From contig JAFEBB010000025.1 in assembly GCA_018266075.1 (NCBI GenBank), forward strand, positions 26,613 through 90,612: a stretch of 64,000 nt of DNA, in the 5' to 3' direction. Position numbers and translations under genes: made by a program. The notes beneath the pieces are model-generated. The model saw nothing but the letters and a program-made list of their open reading frames with translations, ran no database searches and had not been told where the DNA came from. Positions 17,605 through 27,528 of the stretch are shown here, one piece after another. The DNA comes from Deltaproteobacteria bacterium (GTDB lineage Bacteria; Myxococcota; Myxococcia; Myxococcales; SZAS-1). Every line of letters starts with the position of its first letter. Position 1 is the stretch's first letter.

Positions 17605-17731
17605 GTGTTTCCAGCGGTCGATGCAGCTGCCGGGCGATTGACAATCCGCAAGCTGCTTCTCAGAAACATCCTTTCCAATTTGGGCGTTCCCTGGCATTGG
17701 AACGCCCCGAGTTGCGGGCGAGGAGTCGATC

Positions 17732-18709
17732 GTGCGCGTGCGAATCGCAGGGACGGGCAGCTACGCCCCGAAGACGGTGGTCACCAACGCTGACCTCGAG
17801 AAGCTGGTCGAGACCAACGACGCCTGGATCGTGGAGCGCACCGGCATCCGCGAGCGCCGCCGCGCCGACGCCGACGAGGCCACCAGCGACATGTGCACCA
17901 AGGCCGCCAAGCAGGCCCTGGAGCTGGCCGGCTGGCGCGCGGATGAGCTCGACCTGATCATCGTCGGCACCATCACGCCCGACTACCCGTTCCCCAGCGC
18001 GGCCGTGCTGGTGCAGGCCAAGCTCGGCGCGAAGAAGGCCTTCGCCTTCGACATCTCCGCCGCGTGTGCGGGCTCGCTCTTCGGCCTGACCGTGGCGGAG
18101 AAGTTCATCCGCGCGGGCAACGTGAAGAAGGCGCTCGTCGTCGGCGCGGAGCTGCTCACGCGCATCACCGACTGGACCGACCGCAACACCTGCGTGCTCT
18201 TCGGCGACGGCGCTGGCGCGATGTGCGTGGCGCCCTCGACCGACGAGAGCGGCCTGCTCAGCTCGCACCTCTACACCGACGGCGACTCCGCGAAGATCCT
18301 CCTTCAGCCCGGCGGCGGCAGCGCGAACCCCGTGAGCCAGAAGGTCGTCGACGAGAAGCTCGCGACGATCCACATGGAGGGCAAAGAGGTCTTCAAGTTC
18401 GCGGTGCGCTCGCTCGTGGACGCCATGGAGACGGCGCTCAAGGAGAACGGCCTGCAGTCGAGCGACATCAAGCACGTCATCGCGCACCAGGCGAATCTCC
18501 GGATCATCGAGGCCGTCACCAAGCGCCTCGACATCCCCATGGAGAAGGTGTGGCTGAACCTCGAGAAGTACGGCAACACCTCGAGCGCGAGCCTGCCGAC
18601 CACGCTGGACGAAGCCAACCGCGCGGGTCGGCTCAAGAAGGGCGACCTCATCGGCATGATGGCCATTGGCGCGGGAATGGCCTGGGGCTCGGCCGTGGTG
18701 CGCTGGTAA
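17732..18709 (+). CDS. fabH: 3-oxoacyl-ACP synthase III
   Basis: GTG start. Active-site context AFDISAACAGSLFGL; full-length FabH-like sequence. Confidence 0.95.
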   Translation: MRVRIAGTGSYAPKTVVTNADLEKLVETNDAWIVERTGIRERRRADADEATSDMCTKAAKQALELAGWRADELDLIIVGTITPDYPFPSAAVLVQAKLGAKKAFAFDISAACAGSLFGLTVAEKFIRAGNVKKALVVGAELLTRITDWTDRNTCVLFGDGAGAMCVAPSTDESGLLSSHLYTDGDSAKILLQPGGGSANPVSQKVVDEKLATIHMEGKEVFKFAVRSLVDAMETALKENGLQSSDIKHVIAHQANLRIIEAVTKRLDIPMEKVWLNLEKYGNTSSASLPTTLDEANRAGRLKKGDLIGMMAIGAGMAWGSAVVRW

Positions 18710-18727
18710 TCGGAGAGGGCATTTCGC

Positions 18728-19663
18728 ATGGGCAAGCTGGCGTTCGTGTTTCCGGGGCAGGGCTCGCAGTCGGTGGGCATGGGCAAGGAGCTCGCCGAGA
18801 AGTTTCCCGAGGCGCGCGCGGTCTTCGATGAAGCCGACGCGGCCCTCGCCGAGAAGCTGTCCGCGCTCTGCTTCGAAGGTCCGGAAGACGCGCAGAAGCT
18901 CACCCGCAACACCCAGCCCGCGATCCTCGCGACCTCGGCCGCTGCGCACGCGGTGCTCGCCAAGCGCGCACCGAAGCCGGATTACGTCGCTGGCCACTCG
19001 CTCGGCGAGTACAGCGCGCTGACGGCGATGGGCGCGCTCTCCGTGGGCGATGCGGTGAAGTCCGTGCGCGCGCGCGGCACGTTCATGCAGGAGGCGGTGC
19101 CCGAAGGACAGGGCGCGATGGCCGCGATCCTCGGGCTGGAGCCCGCGCAGGTGCGGCTCGCGTGCGAGGCGGCGATGCAGGGCCAGGTCGTCGCGCCGGC
19201 GAACTACAACTCGCCCGAGCAGACGGTGATCGCTGGCCACGCGGGCGCCGTCGAGCGCGCGATGGCCAAGTGCAAGGAGCTCGGCGCCAAGCGCGCATTG
19301 CCGCTGCCGGTGAGCGCCCCGTTCCATTGCGCGCTCATGGCCCCCGTGCAGCCGCGGCTGCGCGAGGTGCTGAGCCAGATTTCGTGGAAGGCGCCTGCCG
19401 CGCCGGTGGTGGTCAACGTCGAGGCGCGTCCGAACTCGGATCCGGAGCGCGCGGTGAACCTGCTCATCGACCAGGTCGTCGCGCCCGTGCGCTGGATCGA
19501 GTGCGTGCAGATGATGGCCGAGGACGGCGTCACCCGCATCGTCGAGGTCGGCCCGGGCAAGGTGCTCGGCGGCCTGGTGAAGCGCATCAACAAGGGCGTC
19601 GAGGTCTTCAACGTCGAGGACGAGGCGTCGCTGACGAAGACGCTCGCCGCGCTGGGTGCATGA
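18728..19663 (+). CDS. fabD: Malonyl-CoA:ACP transacylase
   Basis: FVFPGQGSQ and GHSLGEYSAL motifs. Confidence 0.95.
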   Translation: MGKLAFVFPGQGSQSVGMGKELAEKFPEARAVFDEADAALAEKLSALCFEGPEDAQKLTRNTQPAILATSAAAHAVLAKRAPKPDYVAGHSLGEYSALTAMGALSVGDAVKSVRARGTFMQEAVPEGQGAMAAILGLEPAQVRLACEAAMQGQVVAPANYNSPEQTVIAGHAGAVERAMAKCKELGAKRALPLPVSAPFHCALMAPVQPRLREVLSQISWKAPAAPVVVNVEARPNSDPERAVNLLIDQVVAPVRWIECVQMMAEDGVTRIVEVGPGKVLGGLVKRINKGVEVFNVEDEASLTKTLAALGA

Positions 19664-20076
19664 GCGCAGACGCGCCCAAGAACACCGTGGGCTGCATCTT
19701 CTGGCTCTTCGTGGCGCCGCTGGTGATCGCCCCCGTGGGGACGCTCGTGGTGGTGGGCATGTCGCACCTGCGCAGCAGCGAGACGAAGGCCGCTGTGCAG
19801 ACGGCGCACCCGGAAGCGACGACTGCGCCGGCCGACGCGCGCGTGCAGAAGGACGGCTTGCGAATCTGCGCCGCCGCGAACGCGCTCACCAACGACGCCG
19901 GTGAGCCGCCGACCGATGCCGCGACCGTGTGGAACAAGCTCGGCTCGCCGACCGCGCCCGACGACCCCTGGGGGCGCCCCTACGAGTGGCAGCCCTGGAA
20001 TCGCACGGTGCGCAGCTACGGCCCAGATCGAGCGCGCGGGACGCCGGACGACCAGCTGGTCCGGTGCGACGGTTGA
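19660..20076 (+). CDS. GspG (T2SS pseudopilin) C-terminal-domain-like membrane protein lacking a prepilin motif
   Basis: In frame with track ORF 19162..20076. ATG 19660 overlaps the fabD stop (ATGA). TM helix CIFWLFVAPLVIAPVGTLVVVG. C-terminal DPWGRPYEW...SYGPDRARGTPDD resembles the GspG signature. Confidence 0.7.
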   Translation: MSADAPKNTVGCIFWLFVAPLVIAPVGTLVVVGMSHLRSSETKAAVQTAHPEATTAPADARVQKDGLRICAAANALTNDAGEPPTDAATVWNKLGSPTAPDDPWGRPYEWQPWNRTVRSYGPDRARGTPDDQLVRCDG

Positions 20077-20079
20077 GCG

Positions 20080-20358
20080 ATGAATGGCCTCCGCAAACAC
20101 CTGCGCAAGCTGCGCTTCCTGATCTGGTTCGCGCTGGCGTTCGCGCTGTTCACGTACATCGCCAAGCCGCTCAAGAGCGCGTTCTGGAAGCCGGTGGACG
20201 CCAACGACGTCTGTCAGGCGATGCGCGCAGGCCAGCCATCGAAGGATCGCTGGGGCCACGATTTGGTGTACGACGCGCGCATCGGCGTGGCGAAGTCGGC
20301 GGGCCCGGACGGCATCTTCGGCACCGGCGACGACCTCACCATCGGCTGCATCGAGTAG
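20080..20358 (+). CDS. GspG C-terminal-domain-like small membrane protein
   Basis: 92 aa with very high GC3. TM FLIWFALAFALFTYI. DRWGHDLVYD...SAGPDGIFGTGDD matches the pseudopilin G-domain pattern. No G|FTLIE cleavage motif. Confidence 0.75.
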   Translation: MNGLRKHLRKLRFLIWFALAFALFTYIAKPLKSAFWKPVDANDVCQAMRAGQPSKDRWGHDLVYDARIGVAKSAGPDGIFGTGDDLTIGCIE

Positions 20359-20379
20359 AACTTCACGGGGAGTGAAACC

Positions 20380-21129
<750 letters not shown>

Positions 21130-21272
21130 CTGCGAAGCGGGCGTGCCAGTCTGCGAAGGCGTTTACGCAGCAGATACAGCAATTTGGGCTAGACCGCGGA
21201 GCCGCCTGTGATACAAGGCGCCCGCACTCTTGCTGGGCCTTCAAGCGCCCGGCCACCTCCGGAGTCACGGCA

Positions 21273-21518
21273 ATGGCGGCAACCAACGTCGAGCAGAAGG
21301 TCAAGAGCATCATCGCCGAGCAGCTGGGCGTCGGCGAGGACGAGATCAAGCCCGAGTCGAACTTCATCGACGACCTCGGCGCCGACTCGCTCGACATCGT
21401 CGAGCTGGTGATGGCCATGGAAGAGGAGTTCGAGGTCGAGATCCCGGACGACGAGGCCGAGAACATCAAGACCGTCGGCGACGCCATCAACTACATCAAC
21501 AGCCACAAGAAGGCATAA
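21273..21518 (+). CDS. acpP: Acyl carrier protein
   Basis: 81 aa inside track ORF 20445..21518, with the phosphopantetheine site [14 protein letters not shown]. Confidence 0.95.
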   Translation: MAATNVEQKVKSIIAEQLGVGEDEIKPESNFIDDLGADSLDIVELVMAMEEEFEVEIPDDEAENIKTVGDAINYINSHKKA

Positions 21519-21548
21519 GCAGCCTTCTCAGGCCGTTGTTAGCAGTGC

Positions 21549-21571
21549 ACACGGGCCCGCGCGGCCCGTGT
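21549..21571 (+). terminator. Hairpin after acpP (partial terminator/attenuator candidate)
   Basis: ACACGGGCC-CGCGC-GGCCCGTGT (9-bp perfect stem) followed by TCCATTTGT. Confidence 0.45.
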
Positions 21572-21628
21572 TCCATTTGTACGCCAGGCATGGTGCCAGG
21601 CGGCTAAGCGCAGTCTTGGGAGTCGGCC

Positions 21629-22870
21629 ATGAGCGAGCGTCGAGTCGTCGTGACCGGGATGGGCCTCATCACCTGCTGCGGTACGGGTGTCGAGAAGACC
21701 TGGCAGTCCATCATCCACGGCCAGAGCGGAATCTCGAACATCACCCTCTTTGACACCTCCAAGTCCGAGTCCAAGTTCGGCGGGCAGGTGAACGACTTCC
21801 AGCCCGAGCTCTTCGTCGAGAAGAAGGAGGTTCGGCGCATGGACCGCTTCGAGCTCTTCGCGCTCGGCGCGGCCGACATGGCCATGAAGGACGCCGGCCT
21901 TCAGATCACCCCGGAGATCGCGGAACGCGTGGGCTGCATCGTGGGCTCGGGCATCGGCGGCATCGGCAGCCTCGAGGAGCAGCACTCCAAGATGCTGGAG
22001 AAGGGCCCCGACCGCGTGAGCGCCTTCTTCATCCTGCAGATGATCACCAACCTGGCGCCCGGCTACATCACCATGAAGTACGGCATCAAGGGCCCGAGCT
22101 GGTCGACGGTCTCCGCGTGCAGCACCAGCGCGCACGCGATTGGCGAGGCCATGCGCGGCGTGCAGCGCGGCGACATGGACATCTGCGTCACCGGCGGCTC
22201 CGAGGCCTCGTTGACGCCGCTGTCGTTCGCGGGCTTCAACGCCATGAAGGCGATGTCCACGCGCAACGACGCGCCCCAGAAGGCGAGCCGCCCCTTCGAC
22301 GTGGACCGCGACGGCTTCGTGATGGGCGAGGGCGCCGGCATCCTGATCATCGAGGAGCTGGAGCACGCCAAGAAGCGCGGCGCCAGGATCCACGCGGAGC
22401 TGGTGGGCTACGGCGCCTCGAGCGACGCGCACCACGTGACCGCGCCCGCCCCGGAGCACGAGGGTGCGCAGCGGTGCATGAAGCTGGCTCTCAAAGACGC
22501 CAAGCTCAACCCGAGCGACATCCAGTACATCAACACCCATGGCACCTCGACGCCCATCGGCGACGTGCTCGAGATCCAGGGCGTGAAGAAGGTCTTCGGC
22601 GATCACGCGAAGACGCTCGCGGTGAGCTCGACCAAGTCGATGACGGGCCACATGCTCGGCGCGGCCGGCGCGGCGGAGACGGTCATCTGCATCCGCGCGC
22701 TGGAGACGGGGATCCTACCGCCGACGATCAACGTGGAGAAGCAGGACCCGGAGATCGACATCGACGTGGTGCCCAACAAGGCCCGCGAGGTGCGGTTGAA
22801 CACGGTGATGAGCAACTCGTTCGGCTTCGGCGGCACCAACGTCACGCTGATCGCCAAGCGGTTCGCGTAG
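21629..22870 (+). CDS. fabF: 3-oxoacyl-ACP synthase II
   Basis: Active-site SACSTSAHAIGEA, H..HGT.T and GGTN motifs; 413 aa. Confidence 0.95.
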   Translation: MSERRVVVTGMGLITCCGTGVEKTWQSIIHGQSGISNITLFDTSKSESKFGGQVNDFQPELFVEKKEVRRMDRFELFALGAADMAMKDAGLQITPEIAERVGCIVGSGIGGIGSLEEQHSKMLEKGPDRVSAFFILQMITNLAPGYITMKYGIKGPSWSTVSACSTSAHAIGEAMRGVQRGDMDICVTGGSEASLTPLSFAGFNAMKAMSTRNDAPQKASRPFDVDRDGFVMGEGAGILIIEELEHAKKRGARIHAELVGYGASSDAHHVTAPAPEHEGAQRCMKLALKDAKLNPSDIQYINTHGTSTPIGDVLEIQGVKKVFGDHAKTLAVSSTKSMTGHMLGAAGAAETVICIRALETGILPPTINVEKQDPEIDIDVVPNKAREVRLNTVMSNSFGFGGTNVTLIAKRFA

Positions 22871-22879
22871 TCCGCGCAC

Positions 22880-23908
22880 ATGAAGCCCGTGCTTGCAGGC
22901 ATCGCGGGGGCGCTGCTCCTGGCGGCTTGCGGCACCTCGCGCGAGATCCCCGACGGCGGCCCGATCCCCGACTCGGGGCCGACCACGCAACCGCTCGCGC
23001 CCATCTTCTACAACGTGGGCTTCGCCTCATCGGGAATCGTCATCAACGACGACGGCAACTTCCTGGCTGTGAGCGCGGACGCCGGGGTGACCCTCGTGCT
23101 CGACGCCGACGGGCTCGGCACCGATGACGAGGCCACCCTCCCCACGACCGGAGTCTGGCAGCCGCTGCTCACGCGCACCGGTCCCGGCGGCCGCAGCGAC
23201 CTGCTCAACGCCGACGGCACGATCTTCAGCCTGGATCTCGTCGATGCGGGTGGCTTGGTCTACGCGCAGCTCTCGCCGCCGCCGCGCTCGTTTGCGATGC
23301 GCCGCGACGCAGAGGGCGTGGTGGCCATCGTCCCGGACGCAGGCGTGCAGCTGCTGAATTCCACGGGTGCGCTCGTGCAGACCTTCGCACTTCCAGCTGG
23401 CACGCAAGCCGACGACATCGCCGCGGACGGGGCGGGACGATACTACGCGGCGCTGAACATCGACGGCGGCTGTGCGGGCATCGCTGTCCTCGCGGATGCG
23501 GGTGGCGGTGAGCTCTCACACGACTTCGGCGGCGCGCCGTGCGCGGTCACGCTGAGCAACGACAACACCTCGCTCTGGCTCACGGCCCAGGTCGACGGCG
23601 GCGCGACGCTGTATCACGTGCACGCGCGCCAGCTGCCCGACCCGGCGTCGCTCCTCGGGAGCTGGCCGCTGCCAGGCGTGTTCGCCACGCAGGTCCTGGT
23701 CTCGGGCGACGACGGTGTCATCGCGGTGCTGGGCCAGGCGCCGGGGAACACGCTGGCGATGTCGCGCGAGGCCGCGCTCGTGGGCGGCGGCCCGTTGCCC
23801 ACGGTGCCCGCCAGCGAAATCCAGAGCGCTGTCGGCGCGGTTTTCGACGACTCGGACGCGCTATACATTGCCGACCCCTTGCAGCAGACCATCGACGTGG
23901 TGCGCTGA
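22880..23908 (+). CDS. Hypothetical lipoprotein (beta-propeller-like) embedded between fabF and glyA
   Basis: MKPVLAGIAGALLLAAC lipobox; repetitive beta-rich sequence; 9-nt and 18-nt gaps to its neighbours. Confidence 0.7.
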   Translation: MKPVLAGIAGALLLAACGTSREIPDGGPIPDSGPTTQPLAPIFYNVGFASSGIVINDDGNFLAVSADAGVTLVLDADGLGTDDEATLPTTGVWQPLLTRTGPGGRSDLLNADGTIFSLDLVDAGGLVYAQLSPPPRSFAMRRDAEGVVAIVPDAGVQLLNSTGALVQTFALPAGTQADDIAADGAGRYYAALNIDGGCAGIAVLADAGGGELSHDFGGAPCAVTLSNDNTSLWLTAQVDGGATLYHVHARQLPDPASLLGSWPLPGVFATQVLVSGDDGVIAVLGQAPGNTLAMSREAALVGGGPLPTVPASEIQSAVGAVFDDSDALYIADPLQQTIDVVR

Positions 23909-23926
23909 CCGCGCCCAGGAGCGACC

Positions 23927-25189
23927 ATGGACCGCACGCTCGCAACCATTGACCCGCGCATCGCAGAGCTCATCCGCGCCGAGAACCGCCGCCAGGAAGA
24001 GGGTCTCGAGCTCATCGCCAGCGAGAACGTGGTCTCGCCCGCGGTGATTCAGGCCATGGGCAGCGTGCTCACCAACAAGTACGCGGAAGGGTACCCGGGC
24101 AAGCGCTACTACGGCGGCTGCGAGGTGGTCGACCAGGTGGAGCAGCTCGCCATCGATCGCGTGAAGCAGCTCTTCGGCGCCGACATGGCCAACGTGCAGC
24201 CGCACTCGGGCTCGCAGGCCAACATGGCCGTGTACCTCTCGCAGCTCAAGCCGGGCGATCCCATCCTCTCGCTCGACCTGAACTCGGGCGGGCACCTCAC
24301 GCACGGCTCGCCCGTGAACTTCTCGGGCAAGCTCTTCAAGGTCATCCACTACGGGCTCGACCGCGAGACCGAGCGCATCGACTACGACCAGGTCGACAAG
24401 CTCGCGCTGGAGCACAAGCCCAAGATGATCGTCGTGGGCGCGAGCGCGTACCCGCGCATCATCGACTTCGCGCGCTTCCGAAAGGCCGCCGATTCGTGCG
24501 GCGCGGTGATGATGGTCGACATCGCGCACATCGCCGGGCTCGTCGCGGCCGGGCTGCACCCGAGCCCCGTGCCGATGTCCGAGTTCGTGACCTCGACCAC
24601 GCACAAGACGCTCCGCGGCCCGCGCGGCGGCCTCATCCTGGCGAAGGAAGCGTACGGAAAGGCCGCGAACAGCCTCATCTTCCCCGGCATCCAGGGCGGG
24701 CCGCTGATGCACGTCATCGCCGCGAAGGCCGTCGCGTTCCACGAGGCGCTGCAGCCGAGCTTCAAGACCTACCAGAAGGCCATCGTCGACAACGCGCAGG
24801 CGCTCGCGAAGGCGCTCATCGCTCAGGGCATCCGCCTCACCTCGGGCGGCACCGACAACCACCTCATGATGCTCGACCTGCGGCCCAAGAAGCTCACGGG
24901 CAAGGTGGGCGAAGAGGTGCTGGGCAAGGCCGGCATCACAGTGAACAAGAACATGATCCCCTTCGACCCCGAGAAGCCGTTCGTGACCTCGGGCGTTCGC
25001 GTGGGCACGCCGGCGATCACCAGCCGCGGCCTGGGCGTGAAGGAGATGGACGAGGTGGGCGAGCTCATCGGCTACGCGCTCGACAACGCCGCCGACGACA
25101 CCAAGCTCGCTTCCGCCAAGGAGAAGGTGAAGGCGCTCTGCGCGCGCTTCCCGCTGTACCCGGACTTGAAGAACGGCTACCCGGGCTAG
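23927..25189 (+). CDS. glyA: Serine hydroxymethyltransferase
   Basis: Full-length SHMT with the PLP-lysine context [12 protein letters not shown]. Confidence 0.95.
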   Translation: MDRTLATIDPRIAELIRAENRRQEEGLELIASENVVSPAVIQAMGSVLTNKYAEGYPGKRYYGGCEVVDQVEQLAIDRVKQLFGADMANVQPHSGSQANMAVYLSQLKPGDPILSLDLNSGGHLTHGSPVNFSGKLFKVIHYGLDRETERIDYDQVDKLALEHKPKMIVVGASAYPRIIDFARFRKAADSCGAVMMVDIAHIAGLVAAGLHPSPVPMSEFVTSTTHKTLRGPRGGLILAKEAYGKAANSLIFPGIQGGPLMHVIAAKAVAFHEALQPSFKTYQKAIVDNAQALAKALIAQGIRLTSGGTDNHLMMLDLRPKKLTGKVGEEVLGKAGITVNKNMIPFDPEKPFVTSGVRVGTPAITSRGLGVKEMDEVGELIGYALDNAADDTKLASAKEKVKALCARFPLYPDLKNGYPG

Positions 25190-25190
25190 C

Positions 25191-25219
25191 GAACCAGGAA
25201 CAAGGAACCAGGAACCGAA
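25191..25219 (+). promoter_or_regulatory. GGA-rich heptamer-repeat leader of nrdR
   Basis: GAA-CCAGGAA-CAAGGAA-CCAGGAA-CCGAA-ATG fills the whole glyA-nrdR gap. Four GGA motifs, the last acting as the SD. Confidence 0.5.
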
Positions 25220-25717
25220 ATGCGCTGTCCCTTCTGCCACGAGGCCGAGAACAAGGTCATCGACTCGCGCGAGTCGCACGAGGGCGCTGTGATCCGCCGG
25301 CGCCGCGAGTGCGAGAAGTGCCAGAAGCGCTTCACCACGTACGAGCGCGTGGAAGAGCTCACGCCGCTCATCGTGAAGAAGGACGGCCGCCGCGAGGCGT
25401 TCGATCGCGAGAAGGTCATGGCCGGCTTGAAGAAGGCCTGCGAGAAGCGGCCCGTCTCCATCGAGCAGATGGAAGGCGTCATCGCCGGCATCGAGGCCAA
25501 GCTTCAGGGCATGGGCGAGAAGGAGCTGCCCAGCAAGGTCATCGGCGAGGCGATCATGGAGGCGCTGGCCGGGCTGGATCAGGTCGCGTACGTGCGCTTC
25601 GCCAGCGTGTACCGCAGCTTCAAGGACATCACCGAGTTCATGGAGGAGCTCAAAGACCTCCTCCACGACCGCACCACCAGTCCCAAGGACCCGTCCGGCA
25701 AGCGGGCGACGAGGTAG
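25220..25717 (+). CDS. nrdR: Transcriptional repressor NrdR
   Basis: MRCPFC...CEKC zinc ribbon followed by an ATP-cone. Confidence 0.95.
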   Translation: MRCPFCHEAENKVIDSRESHEGAVIRRRRECEKCQKRFTTYERVEELTPLIVKKDGRREAFDREKVMAGLKKACEKRPVSIEQMEGVIAGIEAKLQGMGEKELPSKVIGEAIMEALAGLDQVAYVRFASVYRSFKDITEFMEELKDLLHDRTTSPKDPSGKRATR

Positions 25718-25719
25718 CC

Positions 25720-26871
25720 GTGGCCGCGCGTCGCAAGCCTCGTGCGCGGCTCGGACCGCCGGGCGCCCGCCTCGGTCGCGCGCCCGAGTACTTCATGGGC
25801 AAGGCCATCGCCCAGGCGCGCCTGGGCCTCGGCACCACCAGCCCGAATCCGTGCGTCGGCGCGGTGATCGTCAAAGACGGCAAGCTCATCGCGCGCGGGC
25901 ACACCCAGCCGGTGGGCGGGCCGCACGCCGAGATCATCGCCATGCGCGCCGCCGGCAAGCGCGCGCGCGGCGCCGACCTCTACAGCACGCTCGAGCCCTG
26001 CAACCACATCGGCCGCACGCCACCGTGCACAGAAGCGATCCTCGACGCGGGCATCAAGCGCGTCTTCATCGGCGCGCGCGATCCGAATCCGCACGTCTCG
26101 GGCGACGGCGCAGCCCGGCTGCGGCGCGCGGGCGTGAAGGTTCACGAAGGTGTGCTCCAGGCCGAGTGCGAAGCGCTGCACGCCGCGTTCTTCAAGCACG
26201 TGACCACGGGCCGGCCGTTCGTGACCTTGAAGGTCGCGTCGACGCTCGACGGCCGCATCGCCGCGAGCTCGGGCGACTCGAAGTGGGTCACCGGCGAGCA
26301 AGCCCGCGCGCGCGTGCACCGGCTCCGCACCGAGGTGGACGCCGTGCTCGTGGGCGCCGGAACCGCCCGCGCCGACGACCCGCAGCTCACCGCGCGCGAC
26401 GTGGGTGCGACGCGACAGCCGCTGCGTGTCGTCGTGGAAGGCACGCGCGCGCTTCCGAGCACGCTCAAGCTCTTCCGCGACCGCGCCGCGCGCACGGTGC
26501 TCGCCACCGCGCGGGTTCGCAAGGCGCCTGCGGGCGTGGAGCTCTTGCACTGCCGCGGTCGCGACGGCCAGGTCGACCTCGATGATCTTCTGCGCCAGCT
26601 CGCGGAGCTCGGCGTGACCCACGTGCTCGCCGAGGGCGGCCAGAAGATCGCCTCGGGGCTGCTCTCGATTGGCCAGGTCGACGAGCTGGCGCTCTTCCTC
26701 GCGCCCAAGCTCCTCGGCGCGGGCTTGAGCTGGCTCGACGGCGCGCCGACCAAGGCCATGTCTCAAGCGCTGCCGCTCGACGGCGTGCGCGTGGAACAGC
26801 TCGGGCCCGATTTCTTGCTGACCGGTCGGCCGAGCCGTCGCGCGGGCGGCAGGAAGCAGCCCAGGACCTAG
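25720..26871 (+). CDS. ribD: Bifunctional diaminohydroxyphosphoribosylaminopyrimidine deaminase / 5-amino-6-(5-phosphoribosylamino)uracil reductase
   Basis: 3' part of track ORF 24496..26871. GTG 25720 chosen because EYFMGKAIAQARLGLGTTSPNPCVGAVIV aligns with the RibD N-terminus. HAE...PCNHIGRTPPC zinc motif. Confidence 0.9.
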   Translation: MAARRKPRARLGPPGARLGRAPEYFMGKAIAQARLGLGTTSPNPCVGAVIVKDGKLIARGHTQPVGGPHAEIIAMRAAGKRARGADLYSTLEPCNHIGRTPPCTEAILDAGIKRVFIGARDPNPHVSGDGAARLRRAGVKVHEGVLQAECEALHAAFFKHVTTGRPFVTLKVASTLDGRIAASSGDSKWVTGEQARARVHRLRTEVDAVLVGAGTARADDPQLTARDVGATRQPLRVVVEGTRALPSTLKLFRDRAARTVLATARVRKAPAGVELLHCRGRDGQVDLDDLLRQLAELGVTHVLAEGGQKIASGLLSIGQVDELALFLAPKLLGAGLSWLDGAPTKAMSQALPLDGVRVEQLGPDFLLTGRPSRRAGGRKQPRT

Positions 26872-26877
26872 GTTCCC

Positions 26878-27528
26878 ATGTTCACCGGACTCATCCAGGA
26901 CATCGGCCGCATCGCCGCGCTTCACCCGGGCGCCGTCTTGCGCCTGGACGTCGAGAGCGCGCTGCCGATGGACGACATCCAGCTCGGCGAGTCCATCGCC
27001 ATCGACGGCTGCTGCCTCACCGTCGTCGAGAAGCGCGGCAAGACGCTCGCCTTCGACGCGACGGAAGAGACGCTCCGTCGAACGACGCTCGGCGACTTCA
27101 AGATCGGCACGCGCGTCAATCTGGAGAGAGCCCTCGCGCTTGGGGACAGGCTGGGCGGACACCTGGTGCTCGGCCACGTGGACGCGACGTCGAGCGTGGT
27201 CCGCACCTGGAAAGAGGGCGGCGCGCTCGGCATGGAGATCGCGCTGCCCAAGGAGCTCGCGCCGTTCTTCATCGAGAAGGGCTCGGTGACTGTGGACGGC
27301 ATCAGCCTCACGGTGAACGCGCTCGGCCCGGACCGCTTTGCGCTCATGCTCATCCCCGAGACGCAGGAGCGCACGACGCTCGCTGCAAAAGGCATGGGCG
27401 CGCGCGTGAACCTCGAGGCCGACCTCATCGGCAAGTACGTGGTGCGCAACCTCGGCGCGTGGGGAAAGCCAAGCGCCGGGCTGACGGAACCAGCAATCTT
27501 GGCTGCAGGCTTCGGGAGCAAGCGATGA
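26878..27528 (+). CDS. ribE: Riboflavin synthase
   Basis: MFTGLIQDIG start and two lumazine-binding repeats (DGCCLTV / DGISLTV). Confidence 0.9.
   Translation: MFTGLIQDIGRIAALHPGAVLRLDVESALPMDDIQLGESIAIDGCCLTVVEKRGKTLAFDATEETLRRTTLGDFKIGTRVNLERALALGDRLGGHLVLGHVDATSSVVRTWKEGGALGMEIALPKELAPFFIEKGSVTVDGISLTVNALGPDRFALMLIPETQERTTLAAKGMGARVNLEADLIGKYVVRNLGAWGKPSAGLTEPAILAAGFGSKR

Noticed and set aside
17549-17731. Hidden tRNA/sRNA gene or plsX pseudogene in the rpmF-fabH spacer
   Set aside because: No cloverleaf-compatible arrangement and no plsX-like translation in any frame. The hairpins are better explained as terminator, attenuator or 5'-UTR structures.
25718-25800. FMN riboswitch upstream of ribD (also looked at 40798..40896 upstream of ribH)
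   Set aside because: ribD starts 2 nt after the nrdR stop, leaving no room for a leader. The 99-nt ribH leader shows none of the conserved RFN-element segments I can recall. A covariance-model scan would be decisive.
24496-26871. 791-aa ORF suggesting a giant RibD fusion
   Set aside because: The first ~400 codons overlap glyA and nrdR in another frame and are Arg/Gly/His-rich. RibD similarity starts only near 25780, so the gene was trimmed to GTG 25720.
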